The notes beneath the pieces were generated by a model, which worked only from the letters and a program-made list of their open reading frames with translations, did not search any database and was not told where the DNA came from. Source: a virus. Taken from it: 64,000 nt of DNA. Below are positions 1-9,024 of this stretch, in pieces. Location of the stretch: positions 9,271 to 73,270 of IMG/VR virus record IMGVR_UViG_3300037110_000161; one strand, given 5' to 3'. Numbering within the stretch: position 1 is the stretch's first letter; every line of letters begins with the position of its first letter. The translations under genes were made by a program, and so were the position numbers.

Positions 1-855
1 ACTCTCGGCGTCCGTCTCGCGGCAATCCGTATTGACTTGAATCCCCAGCACCGAAGGAGCCGACACCGGGTCTTGATAATTCCACAACTCTTCCGCGCCA
101 GACTGATCCGTCTCCACGTAGCTTGCGTCGCTGTCCAGGGGATTTTCATCGACGTATCCGTAGTGGGCCCCGCTGCCGCTTCCGGTCCATCCGGCCGCGT
201 CTCCGGCAGCGTTCGGCAAGAGGAGGCCCACCTGCACGTCGCCGAGAAAGTTGTTGTTCACCGGGCCGCTGTTGTCGCAGACGTACCAATCGTCATACGT
301 CGGAATCCAGCCACCGGCTGCCGCGAGCGCGACAACATTATGGTAGTTGTCTGGACCGGCCTTGGTATTGACGCCGGTCAGCGAGAGCTTCGTCACGCCG
401 TTGACCCGGACCTTGACGGTGCCCGCTGTGGCATGGCACTTGACCTTCACCTCGACGTAGGACCAGGTGCCCTGCGCCAAGCCCGCTCCGCTGGTCGTTC
501 CCAGCAGCGTGCCGTAATACCCGCAGACGACCTGAATCTCACCGCTGCCGTTGTAGTTGAATGCTACGCCCTGCGTGGCCCCATCGAAAAGTTGAATGAT
601 TGGGCCACCGTTGTAATACGGATTGATGCCCAGGCCGCAAATCAGGGTGTCCGCGGTCGTGAGCGCGGCGGTGCGGATGACGAAGGAACCGCTGTCACCT
701 CGCATGGCATAGCCGCCCAGGCGGCCCGCACAGAGGACAGCATACTGCGGCACTAAGCTGTAAGGATACTTGCCGGCCAAGTAGGTGGCGGGCGTCGGCC
801 CGCTGTTGATGCTGGTGCCCAGGGCCTCAAAGCCTTCGATCCAGAGTAGCGCCAT
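1..855 (-). CDS. virion structural/tail-tip protein with LamG/ConA-like beta-sandwich; runs off the window edge
   Basis: ATG at 855 (MALLWIEGFE...), open to position 1; W-x-Y-V-E-V-K-V and G-T-V-K-V-R-V-N-G motifs, DDWYVCD; lies downstream of the tape measure gene. Not in the supplied ORF track because it has no stop in the window. Confidence 0.65.
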   Translation of the reverse strand, partial: MALLWIEGFEALGTSINSGPTPATYLAGKYPYSLVPQYAVLCAGRLGGYAMRGDSGSFVIRTAALTTADTLICGLGINPYYNGGPIIQLFDGATQGVAFNYNGSGEIQVVCGYYGTLLGTTSGAGLAQGTWSYVEVKVKCHATAGTVKVRVNGVTKLSLTGVNTKAGPDNYHNVVALAAAGGWIPTYDDWYVCDNSGPVNNNFLGDVQVGLLLPNAAGDAAGWTGSGSGAHYGYVDENPLDSDASYVETDQSGAEELWNYQDPVSAPSVLGIQVNTDCRETDAES

Positions 856-875
856 GGCACGCCTCACACAAGAAC

Positions 876-913
876 GGGGCCGGGCCAGCCGCACGAGCCA
901 CCGGCCCGGCCCC
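876..913 (-). terminator. GC-rich hairpin, possible intrinsic terminator or processing site
   Basis: GGGGCCGGGCC / GGCCCGGCCCC inverted repeat followed by GTTCTTGTGT on the minus strand. Confidence 0.45.
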
Positions 914-932
914 ACGAGGGAGAACACCAAAA

Positions 933-1511
933 TTACGCGCTGACCGTGTAGGTGACCTTCAACTGGTCGCCATTGGCCACGGTCACCGTGCCGCTGGCGA
1001 ACTGGGCCTCGGCCCACAGCGTCCCGCCGCCGCTGTGGTCGTTCTTCGTGCTGGGGGCGGAACCGCCGCCGACCAGGAACAGGCCATAGACGCTCCCGGA
1101 ACCGTTGATGTCGAAGACCGCGGGGCTGGCGTTGGTAACCGACTGGGCGGTGGACGTGGCATTGCCCCACCCCAGCCGCGTGGTCTCGGTAAAGGCCACG
1201 AACTCGTTCCAACCGTTGGTGCCCCCGATCTGGGCATAGGTGTCGCCGGCCGCCAGGGTCGGGGTCCCCGAGCCGTCGATCAGCCCGATGAACCACGCGG
1301 TAATCGGCGTGGCGGAGTTGAACATCACGTTGAAGAGCTTGTTCTTCCCCTCGTTGACGACAGAGTTGGGAAACTCGTACTGGCCGATTTTCTGCCCTTT
1401 GCGGAAGTGCTCGACCACGAACCGGCCGCGAGGTTGAAGGTGCTCTTCGATAGCGCGGGCACGGACCATCGAGCAACTGGCCGACTGCTGAACATTCGGG
1501 TTGTCGTTCAT
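933..1511 (-). CDS. phage tail-associated structural protein
   Basis: 192 aa, G/S/T-rich beta protein (NSVVNEGKN, WFIGLI, GDQLKVTY); directly after the tape measure gene. Confidence 0.65.
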   Translation of the reverse strand: MNDNPNVQQSASCSMVRARAIEEHLQPRGRFVVEHFRKGQKIGQYEFPNSVVNEGKNKLFNVMFNSATPITAWFIGLIDGSGTPTLAAGDTYAQIGGTNGWNEFVAFTETTRLGWGNATSTAQSVTNASPAVFDINGSGSVYGLFLVGGGSAPSTKNDHSGGGTLWAEAQFASGTVTVANGDQLKVTYTVSA

Positions 1512-1537
1512 TGAATTTCCTCGTCAAGAAATGAAGC

Positions 1538-1557
1538 GGGCCGCCTCGAAGCGGCCC
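1538..1557 (-). terminator. hairpin after tape measure gene
   Basis: GGGCCGC-6nt-GCGGCCC followed by GCTTCATTTCTT on the minus strand. Confidence 0.45.
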
Positions 1558-1585
1558 ACGAATTGCCCAGCCGGCTTGCCCGGCG

Positions 1586-4500
1586 TTACAGGATCGACGT
1601 GCCGCGGCGCAACTCGCGCCGCAGCTCGTTGGCGATGGACCGGGCCGTCTGCCGGCCCGTCCCGCCCCCCTCAACACGCACGTTGATGTCGCCGACGTTG
1701 GTGACGTGCCCTCCTTGGCTGTGGTAGGAGGGCTTTACCCCGGCATTCATCGCCGTGAGCTGGCTGGCAAACCGGCGGGTCGTGGCCGCGCTCATTACCA
1801 TTTCCCCCGGCGAGAGCATGGCAGGGATCACGTCCGTGCCCCGCGGGCGTCCGCCGCCCGCCAGAAAGGCCACACCGCCATGTGCAGCCGTCAGTTTTCC
1901 TTCCATACCGGGCGGCTGCACGTTGGCTGCCGCCTGGGCCAAGCGGCTCATGGCGTCACCGGCCGCCTGAATGGTGGCCAGGAACGTCTGCATTGCGCTG
2001 TTGCCCTCGCCGATGGCGGTCGTGATCTGCGAGACCTTATTGGTCACATCCCCGGCCTGCTTGCCGGCGTCGGGAAACTTTTGCTTCAAGGCGTCCATTC
2101 CCTGATTAGACTGCTGCATTTGCTGGCCAAGATTGGGGAACTTCTGCTGGATGCCGCGCAACCGCTCCGCGTAATCGAGCATTTCCTTCAAGCTCTTGAG
2201 ATTCGCTTCCGTCGAACCCATGTGAAGGTCCAGCGACCAGGGCATGTTTTTCTTCAGGTCTTGGACCTTCTTCAGCAGGTCGTCCATGCCTTTGGCGTTG
2301 ATCTGCATGGGATGCGACCGCATCTGCAAGATCGTCTCGTTGATCTCGCGGAATTTCTTGGTCGCCACGTCCAGGTCGGCCTTCCCCGTGGTTCCGAACA
2401 CGCCGGTGAGCATGTTCGCGCCAACCTTGAGCGCCTGGAACACGCCCACCGCGTCGTCCTTTTGGACCGCCATGTTGCCGGCGATCTGCCGCTGGCGACT
2501 GTCGATCTGCGCCAAGGCGTCGCGCTGATCGTCGTAGGCTTGCTTGACTTCCTTGCTCAGGGTCCGCTGCTGCGTGAGCGATTGCTCGGCCGCGTGGAAC
2601 TGCTCCTCCATCGACTTCCCGGCCAGTTTGGACGGGTCACCGACGTAGACATCTAGCTTGATCTTGCCCAGGCCGGTAGTGATCCGCTGGTTCAACTCGG
2701 CGAGTTTCCCAGGGGCCACGAACAGGTCGCGGATCTCGGCCTTGGTGACCGCCCCCTCCATCGTCTCCCGCATCTTGCGTTTCATCGCGTCGAAGTTGAG
2801 CCAGTCGGAGACCTCCCACTTCTTGCCCGCGAACATCAGGTTTTGGAATTCCTGCAAGTCCTGCTTGGTCTTGGCGAGGGCCTTCTCGCGGTCTTCGCCC
2901 GCGAGGGGTTGGCCCTTCTTGTCGAACAGGTCCATCTGCTTGGCCACGTCCTTGGCCAACTCCCGCATCCGAGTGACGCGCTGTTCCTCGTCGGCCGCGG
3001 CCTTGGCTGCCGCCTGGGCCTGTGACTGCCGATTGGCCTGCAAAATCTTCTGTGCATCCAGTTGGCTTCGCAGTACCCACTCGATCGCCCGCTCGGCGTC
3101 CTCCTCGCCCATAGCGTCCTTCCGCCGCTGGGCGATCGACATCGCCTCTTGGGCGAACGCCTCCGCCCTCTTGTAGATGCTCTGCGCCACGTCCGTGTCC
3201 TGCGGCGTCTTGGCCTTCGCCATCTGCTCTTGGGCCTGGTGCGCCAACTGAAGGGCACGATTGGCATAGTCGGCCTGCTGGTCCCAGCCGCCCTTTCCAT
3301 GCGTCTCGTTGAAGCGAAACTGCGTATCTGCCAAGGTGCCGGAGATTTCCTTGCTCCGCTTCACGGAATCCGTGACGGCCCGCTCGGCTTCCTGGGCCAG
3401 GTTCCGTAAGACGTGAACTTCCTTCTCCGCCTCTTCCACGATCTTGTTCATCGTGGCGTGCGAATCGTCCGTCAGCCGCTTGTTGTCTCCTTTGGTGTCG
3501 TCCACCATCTGGAAGTAGGCTTTGCGCTGCGCGGCCAGGGCTTGGTTCGCCCGTTGGACGATGGCCTGGTTGGCGCGGTCCTCTTCCTCAATCCGCCGCT
3601 GGGCGGCAGCCCGGACCATTTCCAGCCGCTCGTTCTCCGCGTTGCGGAAATCCTCTTCCACCTGCCGGATACTCTGGATGATCCGGGTGTTGGCGAAGTC
3701 GAAGGCGGCATAGGCTGTCAGACCCAGTAGCAGGCCGTTAACAGCGATACCCAGAGGACCGAGCCCCAGGGCCGCCAGGCGAGCATTCATCGCCATCGCG
3801 CCCATTGCCACGGCGAGACCGCCAAAGGCGGTCACGGCCGCGCCCAGCACGGGCACCAACGCCTTGATTGCCGCGCCCAGCGCGTCCGCCCCGCCCACGA
3901 AGCCCAGGAATTGATTGACCGCCTGGACGATCGCGGCCCCCAGGTCCGTCGTCAGGAAGGTCTTCAGCTTGTTCATCTCGGTGAGCGTCTTCTGCGCGTC
4001 GCTGTCGATGAACAGCTTGTACTTCTCGTTGAACGCCGCCACGGTCATTTCGTGGAGGTGCTCCAGGGAGTCGGCCGTCCGCTTGCCGTCCTCGTCCGTC
4101 TCGCGCAGGGCACCGCTGATGGCCCGCACGTTGGGGATCAACTTGGCGAAGGCCGCCATGTTCTCGTCCGTGCTTTCTCGCAGCTTGAGCAGCGCGCCCT
4201 CCAGGCCCAGGGCGGCGATCATCTGCGGCCCGGACTCGAAGCCCAGGCTGCGCAGTTCCTTCGACAAGTCCTGGGAGGGCTTGATAAGGGCCATCATTGC
4301 CGAACGCAGCGCCGTGGCGGCCTCGGCCGGCTTCACGCCGGAAATGGTCAGCGTGACCATCATGGCGTTCAGCTCGTCCAGGCCCACGCCCAACTCGCTC
4401 GACACGGCCGTCACGCGGCCCAGCACCGAGGCCAGTTCCTCGCCCCGCACCCGGCCGACCTGGATCGTCCCAAAAAACTTCGCCGCCACTTCCTCCGCCT

Positions 4501-5269
4501 GGCTGGAACTCATGCGGTAGGAGTTCAATGTGCCGGCAACCAGGTTCACTGCCGCGCCGGCGTCCATCACGGCAACCTTGGACAGCTTAAAGGCCGCCGT
4601 GAGCACCTCGGCTTGCTGCGCGGTGCTCGTGAATTGGTTCGAGATCGCCTGGTACTGCGCCTCGGCGACTTGGGCCAGCGGGATGTTGAACTGCCGGGAC
4701 AACTCGGCCAAGTGCTGCGAGATCGAATCAAGGCTGGTGCCCACGCCCGGCGCAACGGACTGAATCTCCGCCACGCGGGTCATAAATTGCAGGTTGGAGT
4801 CGAACGCCTCGTGCATCGCGTCACGCATGGCGCTGAGCGCGCGGACGATGGCCTGCGTCATTACGACGCGGCTCAAGGTCTCCCACGAGACGACGAAATG
4901 GGCCGCCGCCTTGTCGGCATCCTCGATCGGCGTCTTGTCGATCTGCGGCGTGACCTTCGGCACTTCTGTCGGCGTGACCGGCGCGGTTGCTTGGCCAGGA
5001 GTTTGCCCGGGGGCGGCGGCGCCGCTGGTCGACTGGGCGCTAAAAGCGGATTGCAGTTTCGCCATCGCGGTGGCGGCCGTATTGGCGCTACTGGCAATGT
5101 CCTTGAGGATTTGCACCGTCTCGGCGGCCTTGGTGTTCCAGGTCGCCATCGCGTCGCCCACGGAGCCCAGCCGGGCCTCGAAGCTGCCCAAGGCGCTGTC
5201 CATCTTCGCCAGCGCATCCAGTGCGGCACTGGCGTCGAAGCCCAGACTTTGGACAATTTCATCCGCCAT
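1586..5269 (-). CDS. tail tape measure protein (TP901-like core)
   Basis: 1227 aa, Ala-rich helical, TP901-like core (ELASVLGRV, AATALRSAMMAL), hydrophobic central segment, C-terminal GTDVIPAMLSPGEMV motif. Confidence 0.93.
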   Translation of the reverse strand: MADEIVQSLGFDASAALDALAKMDSALGSFEARLGSVGDAMATWNTKAAETVQILKDIASSANTAATAMAKLQSAFSAQSTSGAAAPGQTPGQATAPVTPTEVPKVTPQIDKTPIEDADKAAAHFVVSWETLSRVVMTQAIVRALSAMRDAMHEAFDSNLQFMTRVAEIQSVAPGVGTSLDSISQHLAELSRQFNIPLAQVAEAQYQAISNQFTSTAQQAEVLTAAFKLSKVAVMDAGAAVNLVAGTLNSYRMSSSQAEEVAAKFFGTIQVGRVRGEELASVLGRVTAVSSELGVGLDELNAMMVTLTISGVKPAEAATALRSAMMALIKPSQDLSKELRSLGFESGPQMIAALGLEGALLKLRESTDENMAAFAKLIPNVRAISGALRETDEDGKRTADSLEHLHEMTVAAFNEKYKLFIDSDAQKTLTEMNKLKTFLTTDLGAAIVQAVNQFLGFVGGADALGAAIKALVPVLGAAVTAFGGLAVAMGAMAMNARLAALGLGPLGIAVNGLLLGLTAYAAFDFANTRIIQSIRQVEEDFRNAENERLEMVRAAAQRRIEEEDRANQAIVQRANQALAAQRKAYFQMVDDTKGDNKRLTDDSHATMNKIVEEAEKEVHVLRNLAQEAERAVTDSVKRSKEISGTLADTQFRFNETHGKGGWDQQADYANRALQLAHQAQEQMAKAKTPQDTDVAQSIYKRAEAFAQEAMSIAQRRKDAMGEEDAERAIEWVLRSQLDAQKILQANRQSQAQAAAKAAADEEQRVTRMRELAKDVAKQMDLFDKKGQPLAGEDREKALAKTKQDLQEFQNLMFAGKKWEVSDWLNFDAMKRKMRETMEGAVTKAEIRDLFVAPGKLAELNQRITTGLGKIKLDVYVGDPSKLAGKSMEEQFHAAEQSLTQQRTLSKEVKQAYDDQRDALAQIDSRQRQIAGNMAVQKDDAVGVFQALKVGANMLTGVFGTTGKADLDVATKKFREINETILQMRSHPMQINAKGMDDLLKKVQDLKKNMPWSLDLHMGSTEANLKSLKEMLDYAERLRGIQQKFPNLGQQMQQSNQGMDALKQKFPDAGKQAGDVTNKVSQITTAIGEGNSAMQTFLATIQAAGDAMSRLAQAAANVQPPGMEGKLTAAHGGVAFLAGGGRPRGTDVIPAMLSPGEMVMSAATTRRFASQLTAMNAGVKPSYHSQGGHVTNVGDINVRVEGGGTGRQTARSIANELRRELRRGTSIL

Positions 5270-5272
5270 TGG

Positions 5273-5761
5273 CTACACCTTGATCTTCGTGACCTTCAGA
5301 CAGGCAAAGGGATCGGGCAAACGCACGTTCTCCGCGAACTTGCGGAACGCCGTCTCTCCCTTCTTCTGAAAGTCGTAGGGACCGGGCTTCTTGAGGTGGA
5401 AGCCCCATTGCGTGGCGTCCGCGACCTCATTGATGCACAACCAAGGCAGCGTGGTTGAGTAATTGAAAACGTAGCGGCCCTTCATCGCGTCGGTTTCCAG
5501 AGAACCGCTGCTCTCCGCCATCCCGCGACCGACGCGGCTAGGGGCCACCGGCGAAATCGGGATGTTGTACTCGATGTTGCGGGCAAGCGCCAGGAACGTG
5601 GCCCGCGATGCGCCGCTCCACACCGGCACCTCCGCCAGCACGGTGGCTTCCAACCACTGCATGATCGCCTGGGCGATGTCCTCCCGCAGTTGCCTGTCCA
5701 GCACCCGGCGGTACTTGTCTAAGTCGATGCGGGGGGCGCGAAGGGTGCCGGTGAATTTCAT
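5273..5761 (-). CDS. putative HK97 gp10-like neck/tail-completion protein
   Basis: ATG 5761 (MKFTGTL); VPVWSGASRAT resembles the gp10-family PVxTGxLRxS motif. Confidence 0.5.
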   Translation of the reverse strand: MKFTGTLRAPRIDLDKYRRVLDRQLREDIAQAIMQWLEATVLAEVPVWSGASRATFLALARNIEYNIPISPVAPSRVGRGMAESSGSLETDAMKGRYVFNYSTTLPWLCINEVADATQWGFHLKKPGPYDFQKKGETAFRKFAENVRLPDPFACLKVTKIKV

Positions 5762-5777
5762 GGTCAGGGACCTCCGC

Positions 5778-6023
5778 TCATTCGGCGGCAAAGGGCATCC
5801 TTGCCCCCAGCAGGCGAGCCTCCCGCTCGGACTCGTCGTAAGCCCGCGTCTGGTCGAAGGCCACGATCAGGGCTTGCGTCTGGACGCCGCAATCGTCCCA
5901 CGCGGGTTTTACGCCCGGCGGCAGGACGCCTAGGCGCTCGCAGGCGCACCAGACGGAGTATTCGGCGGTGCGGTGGGGAGGCCAGAGGATGCGACTTTCG
6001 CTGCCTCCCCAGCAAGAAAAACC
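5778..6023 (-). CDS. tail assembly chaperone -1 frameshift extension (gpT-like)
   Basis: -1 frame relative to the 6454 ORF, open through GGTTTTTC (6016-6023), protein-like product WPPHRTAEYSVWCACERLG...; no separate start or RBS seen. Confidence 0.65.
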   Translation of the reverse strand, partial: GFSCWGGSESRILWPPHRTAEYSVWCACERLGVLPPGVKPAWDDCGVQTQALIVAFDQTRAYDESEREARLLGARMPFAAE

Positions 6024-6454
6024 TCGCGGGCTCGCTTGAGCTTGGCCTCGTCCAGGCAGTTGGCCTCCAAGACCAGGTTCATCACTCGCTGGCACTCGAT
6101 GTCGCTCAGGCCGCCGCTGCGGAGGTCGGTGGACCAGTTCTTCCACGTGCTGGGATCGGCCAAGTTGACCGTATCCCACTCAACGTTGCTGGGCTCCAGC
6201 GATTTGGCAATCATGTAGCCGAGCCGCTTCTGGCCCCATTCGGACATGACCTGCTGGTACGTCGGGTCGTCGGCCAGCGGCACCCAGCCGTCGCGGGTCA
6301 TCTTGCCCGGCGGCACGGGACGCGGGCAAAGGGCCTCGAAATCCTCCATGCTCGGCACAGGCCGGGCGCGGATCACAATCTCCTGCTCGCCGCGAGGCAG
6401 GACCAGGAACACTTCGGTGGGCAGGCTGTTGGGGTCGATACCGCCAATCTTCAT
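5930..6454 (-). CDS. tail assembly chaperone (gpG-like)
   Basis: ATG 6454 (MKIGGIDP) after GAGGGAG RBS; between tail tube and tape measure; slippery site near its 3' end. Confidence 0.75.
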   Translation of the reverse strand: MKIGGIDPNSLPTEVFLVLPRGEQEIVIRARPVPSMEDFEALCPRPVPPGKMTRDGWVPLADDPTYQQVMSEWGQKRLGYMIAKSLEPSNVEWDTVNLADPSTWKNWSTDLRSGGLSDIECQRVMNLVLEANCLDEAKLKRAREVFLAGEAAKVASSGLPTAPPNTPSGAPASA

Positions 6455-6489
6455 AGGTGTTCTCCCTCGATAGGTGCGAAAGACAAGAT

Positions 6490-6523
6490 CGGCAGCGCCG
6501 GCGCTCGGATGCCGGCGCTGCCG
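6490..6523 (-). terminator. hairpin after tail tube gene
   Basis: 13-bp stem CGGCAGCGCCGGC / GCCGGCGCTGCCG followed by ATCTTGTCTTT. Confidence 0.55.
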
Positions 6524-6577
6524 GCTAGTCGGGTGGCTAGCAAAACCGGTCATTTGAGAAAGAGGACCGGGGAGTCG

Positions 6578-7654
6578 TTACACGTTGTCGCAGTCGGATC
6601 CGCGGTAGACGGTCGGCTCCTTGGCCATGCACTTGCCGCTGAGCACGATGGTCGCCGCGTTATAGTTCATCTCGCGGGTCTCGGCCCGGAACATGGGGAA
6701 CACGCTCGTCTCCCGATTGACCGGGGCGCAGGGCGGGTCGTATTCCACAATCACGTCGATGCAGTACGGCTCGCACTGGTCGGGCGAGGAACTGACCCAC
6801 TCGACGGCGCTGTTGTGGCCTTTCAAGGCGTCCATCGGGCAGACGGCCTCACTGGTGCCGCTGGTGATGTGCTCGTACACGGCGTCGAGCTTCACGTCCA
6901 TCGGCACGTCCTTCGGCTCGCGCACCGTGTCCAATAGTCCGCGGTCCAAGAGGTAGGTGTAGTCCCGATGCTCGGTGTAGGTCAGGTTCCCTTCGCCGAT
7001 CTTGACGTTGATCTGCTGCGGCTTGAACGTGATGGCTGCACTGGCGGCATAGGTGCCCGCGCCCAAGGCAGGCGAGATGGTGATGCTGGTGGTGCCCCCG
7101 CCACCGCTCGGCGCGGTGCCGGCCACGGTCTCCGCGATGGCGACATAGGCGTCGGTGCCGATCAAGTTCGAGGTGTCCGCCGTCAGAGTGGCCTGCGGCG
7201 CATTGGCCAGCGTGCCTTGGAAGACCACTGTCCAGGAGCCGAGCGTCCCCGTCACGGCGACGTTCGACATCGCGCCCACCAGCGGTGCCAAGGCCGCCGC
7301 GACCGTCGTCGGATCAGCGTCGTAGGCAATCTCCGTGGTCTGCGAGCCGCCCCACAAAAGCTTGAGCGTGCCGCCGGTGGCGTTGGTCACGGCCACCGTC
7401 TGCGTCTCATTCGCGCCGCCGGTGCCCGTGCCTTGCACGCGGGCGGTGACCGTATGGTCCACCGGATTCGTCTCGCCCACGATGCGGAGCCGAGCGCCCA
7501 CGGGAACTGTTCCCGGGTTGAGGCTGTTGAGCGCCACCGACGTAAGGGTGAGGCTAGTCGCCCCGGCAACCGGCGCGGTCACGGGACCAACGGCGGTCCC
7601 CTTCAGGCCATCCTGGAAACGGATGGTGCAGTATTTCAGTTCAATGCGAGCCAT
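6578..7654 (-). CDS. major tail tube protein with inserted beta-rich domain
   Basis: 358 aa; synteny; KIGEGNLTYTE...LDRG core; T/G/A-rich insertion starting NETQTV; followed by a strong hairpin. Confidence 0.75.
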   Translation of the reverse strand: MARIELKYCTIRFQDGLKGTAVGPVTAPVAGATSLTLTSVALNSLNPGTVPVGARLRIVGETNPVDHTVTARVQGTGTGGANETQTVAVTNATGGTLKLLWGGSQTTEIAYDADPTTVAAALAPLVGAMSNVAVTGTLGSWTVVFQGTLANAPQATLTADTSNLIGTDAYVAIAETVAGTAPSGGGGTTSITISPALGAGTYAASAAITFKPQQINVKIGEGNLTYTEHRDYTYLLDRGLLDTVREPKDVPMDVKLDAVYEHITSGTSEAVCPMDALKGHNSAVEWVSSSPDQCEPYCIDVIVEYDPPCAPVNRETSVFPMFRAETREMNYNAATIVLSGKCMAKEPTVYRGSDCDNV

Positions 7655-7674
7655 TGCTATGGGTCTCCTGTTGG

Positions 7675-8163
7675 CTAACTGTCGAAGTAACCGACGTAGC
7701 GGGCGTCGATCATCACCTGCTTCTGCCGGTCGGTCTGATCGGTCTGCCCGAAGTGGAAGATGCGCACGGCGTCGTTGCGTCCGGTGCGCGGTAGCAGGCA
7801 GCCGACGAAGCTGCCGTCGTCCCCCGGCTGAGCGCCGAGCCGCGTCACGGAGAGCGGGCCGTCCAACGCCGCGTGAAACTGCCCAACGATCTGGATGATG
7901 TCGTACTGGTTGGCGTTGATCTCATAGCGGCTGGTAAACAGCAGGTTGATGTCTACGCTGACCTCGTGGTAGTCGATGCTCAATTCCCGCGTGAAAGGGC
8001 CGGACATGCGAATCTCGACCCGGGCGGGGGCTTCCATGTAGGCGGTCGTCCGTTCGTCCAGACCCTCCACCAAAGCCGGGATATTGGCCTGCTGGGCAAG
8101 TTGCTTCATCAACGTCGCCACGGACGCAAAGGCCCACCGTGCCCAATTGGGATCGACCGCCAT
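7675..8163 (-). CDS. putative tail terminator/completion protein
   Basis: 162 aa; immediately upstream of the tail tube gene. Confidence 0.55.
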   Translation of the reverse strand: MAVDPNWARWAFASVATLMKQLAQQANIPALVEGLDERTTAYMEAPARVEIRMSGPFTRELSIDYHEVSVDINLLFTSRYEINANQYDIIQIVGQFHAALDGPLSVTRLGAQPGDDGSFVGCLLPRTGRNDAVRIFHFGQTDQTDRQKQVMIDARYVGYFDS

Positions 8164-8171
8164 CGGAGCAC

Positions 8172-8684
8172 CTATGGACTGGTGAACGAGTTGTCTTGGA
8201 GCGTAAGCTGATCGGCTGTCGAGAGCCGCGTTATCCGCATGTCGCAGACTTCGACCCGCCCTTGGAGTTCCTTGGCGATCACCAGCCAGGCCCGGTGATA
8301 TTCGTAGTCCGTCACGCTCTCGATGTCGTAGTGGCGATCGTTGAAGACGATCCAGTCGTCCTTCTTGAGCACGAGGTCCGGCGGGACTTCGCTGCGGTCG
8401 AATAGGAAGTGTCGGCCGCCGGTATCGAAGGAAGAGCCTTGTACAATCGCCCGGTTAGCGGTCATCGCCCCGGCGTTCTGCCGCACCTCCCGCTGACGCT
8501 TCTCAGGAAGCACCACCACGCGCTGCACCTTCCACTGCACGATCTGCCACTGCGTCTGGCCGCTGGTCGGGTCCGCCTGGACCTGCAACTTGCGGCGGAC
8601 CACCACTGTCACGCCATGCTGGCGCTTGTGGACGTACATCGCCAGCCGCATGAAACGATCGTGGATCGGATTGGCCTGGTACAT
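8172..8684 (-). CDS. putative head-closure/head-tail joining protein
   Basis: 170 aa beta-rich, DWIVFNDRHYDI motif typical of head-closure proteins; synteny. Confidence 0.55.
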   Translation of the reverse strand: MYQANPIHDRFMRLAMYVHKRQHGVTVVVRRKLQVQADPTSGQTQWQIVQWKVQRVVVLPEKRQREVRQNAGAMTANRAIVQGSSFDTGGRHFLFDRSEVPPDLVLKKDDWIVFNDRHYDIESVTDYEYHRAWLVIAKELQGRVEVCDMRITRLSTADQLTLQDNSFTSP

Positions 8685-8688
8685 GGCG

Positions 8689-8958
8689 CTATCCTTCGGG
8701 GCACTTGTGTCGCAGGGGGCACTCGAAGCGGTCGCCCAGGGCCTTTTCCAGGCGTTCCATCATGGCCGTGTTCTGCGCGATTACGTCGGTGCAGCGCTCG
8801 ACCATCGGCAGCAGCACGTCGCGCTGCTCGTCTTCCAGCTTCGTGATGCGGTCGCTCATTCGCAGTTCGCGGAGCCAGTTCTGCCAGAAGAAAAACGCCA
8901 CCACGATCGCCAGTGGCCCGTACTGTTTCAGTAGCGGCCACAAGTAAGTCATGTCCAT
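8689..8958 (-). CDS. small membrane protein, holin-like (one N-terminal TM plus coiled coil)
   Basis: ATG 8958 with GGGAGG RBS; YGPLAIVVAFFFW TM followed by a charged helix. Confidence 0.5.
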   Translation of the reverse strand: MDMTYLWPLLKQYGPLAIVVAFFFWQNWLRELRMSDRITKLEDEQRDVLLPMVERCTDVIAQNTAMMERLEKALGDRFECPLRHKCPEG

Positions 8959-8979
8959 GCCGACGCCTCCCTTCAAAGG

Positions 8980-9010
8980 CCGCCGGGCCGGGATGCCCCC
9001 GGCCCGGCGG
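8980..9010 (-). terminator. hairpin after major capsid gene
   Basis: 13-bp stem CCGCCGGGCCGGG / CCCGGCCCGGCGG, then CCTTT. Confidence 0.55.
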
Positions 9011-9024
9011 ATTGCACTGCCGAC

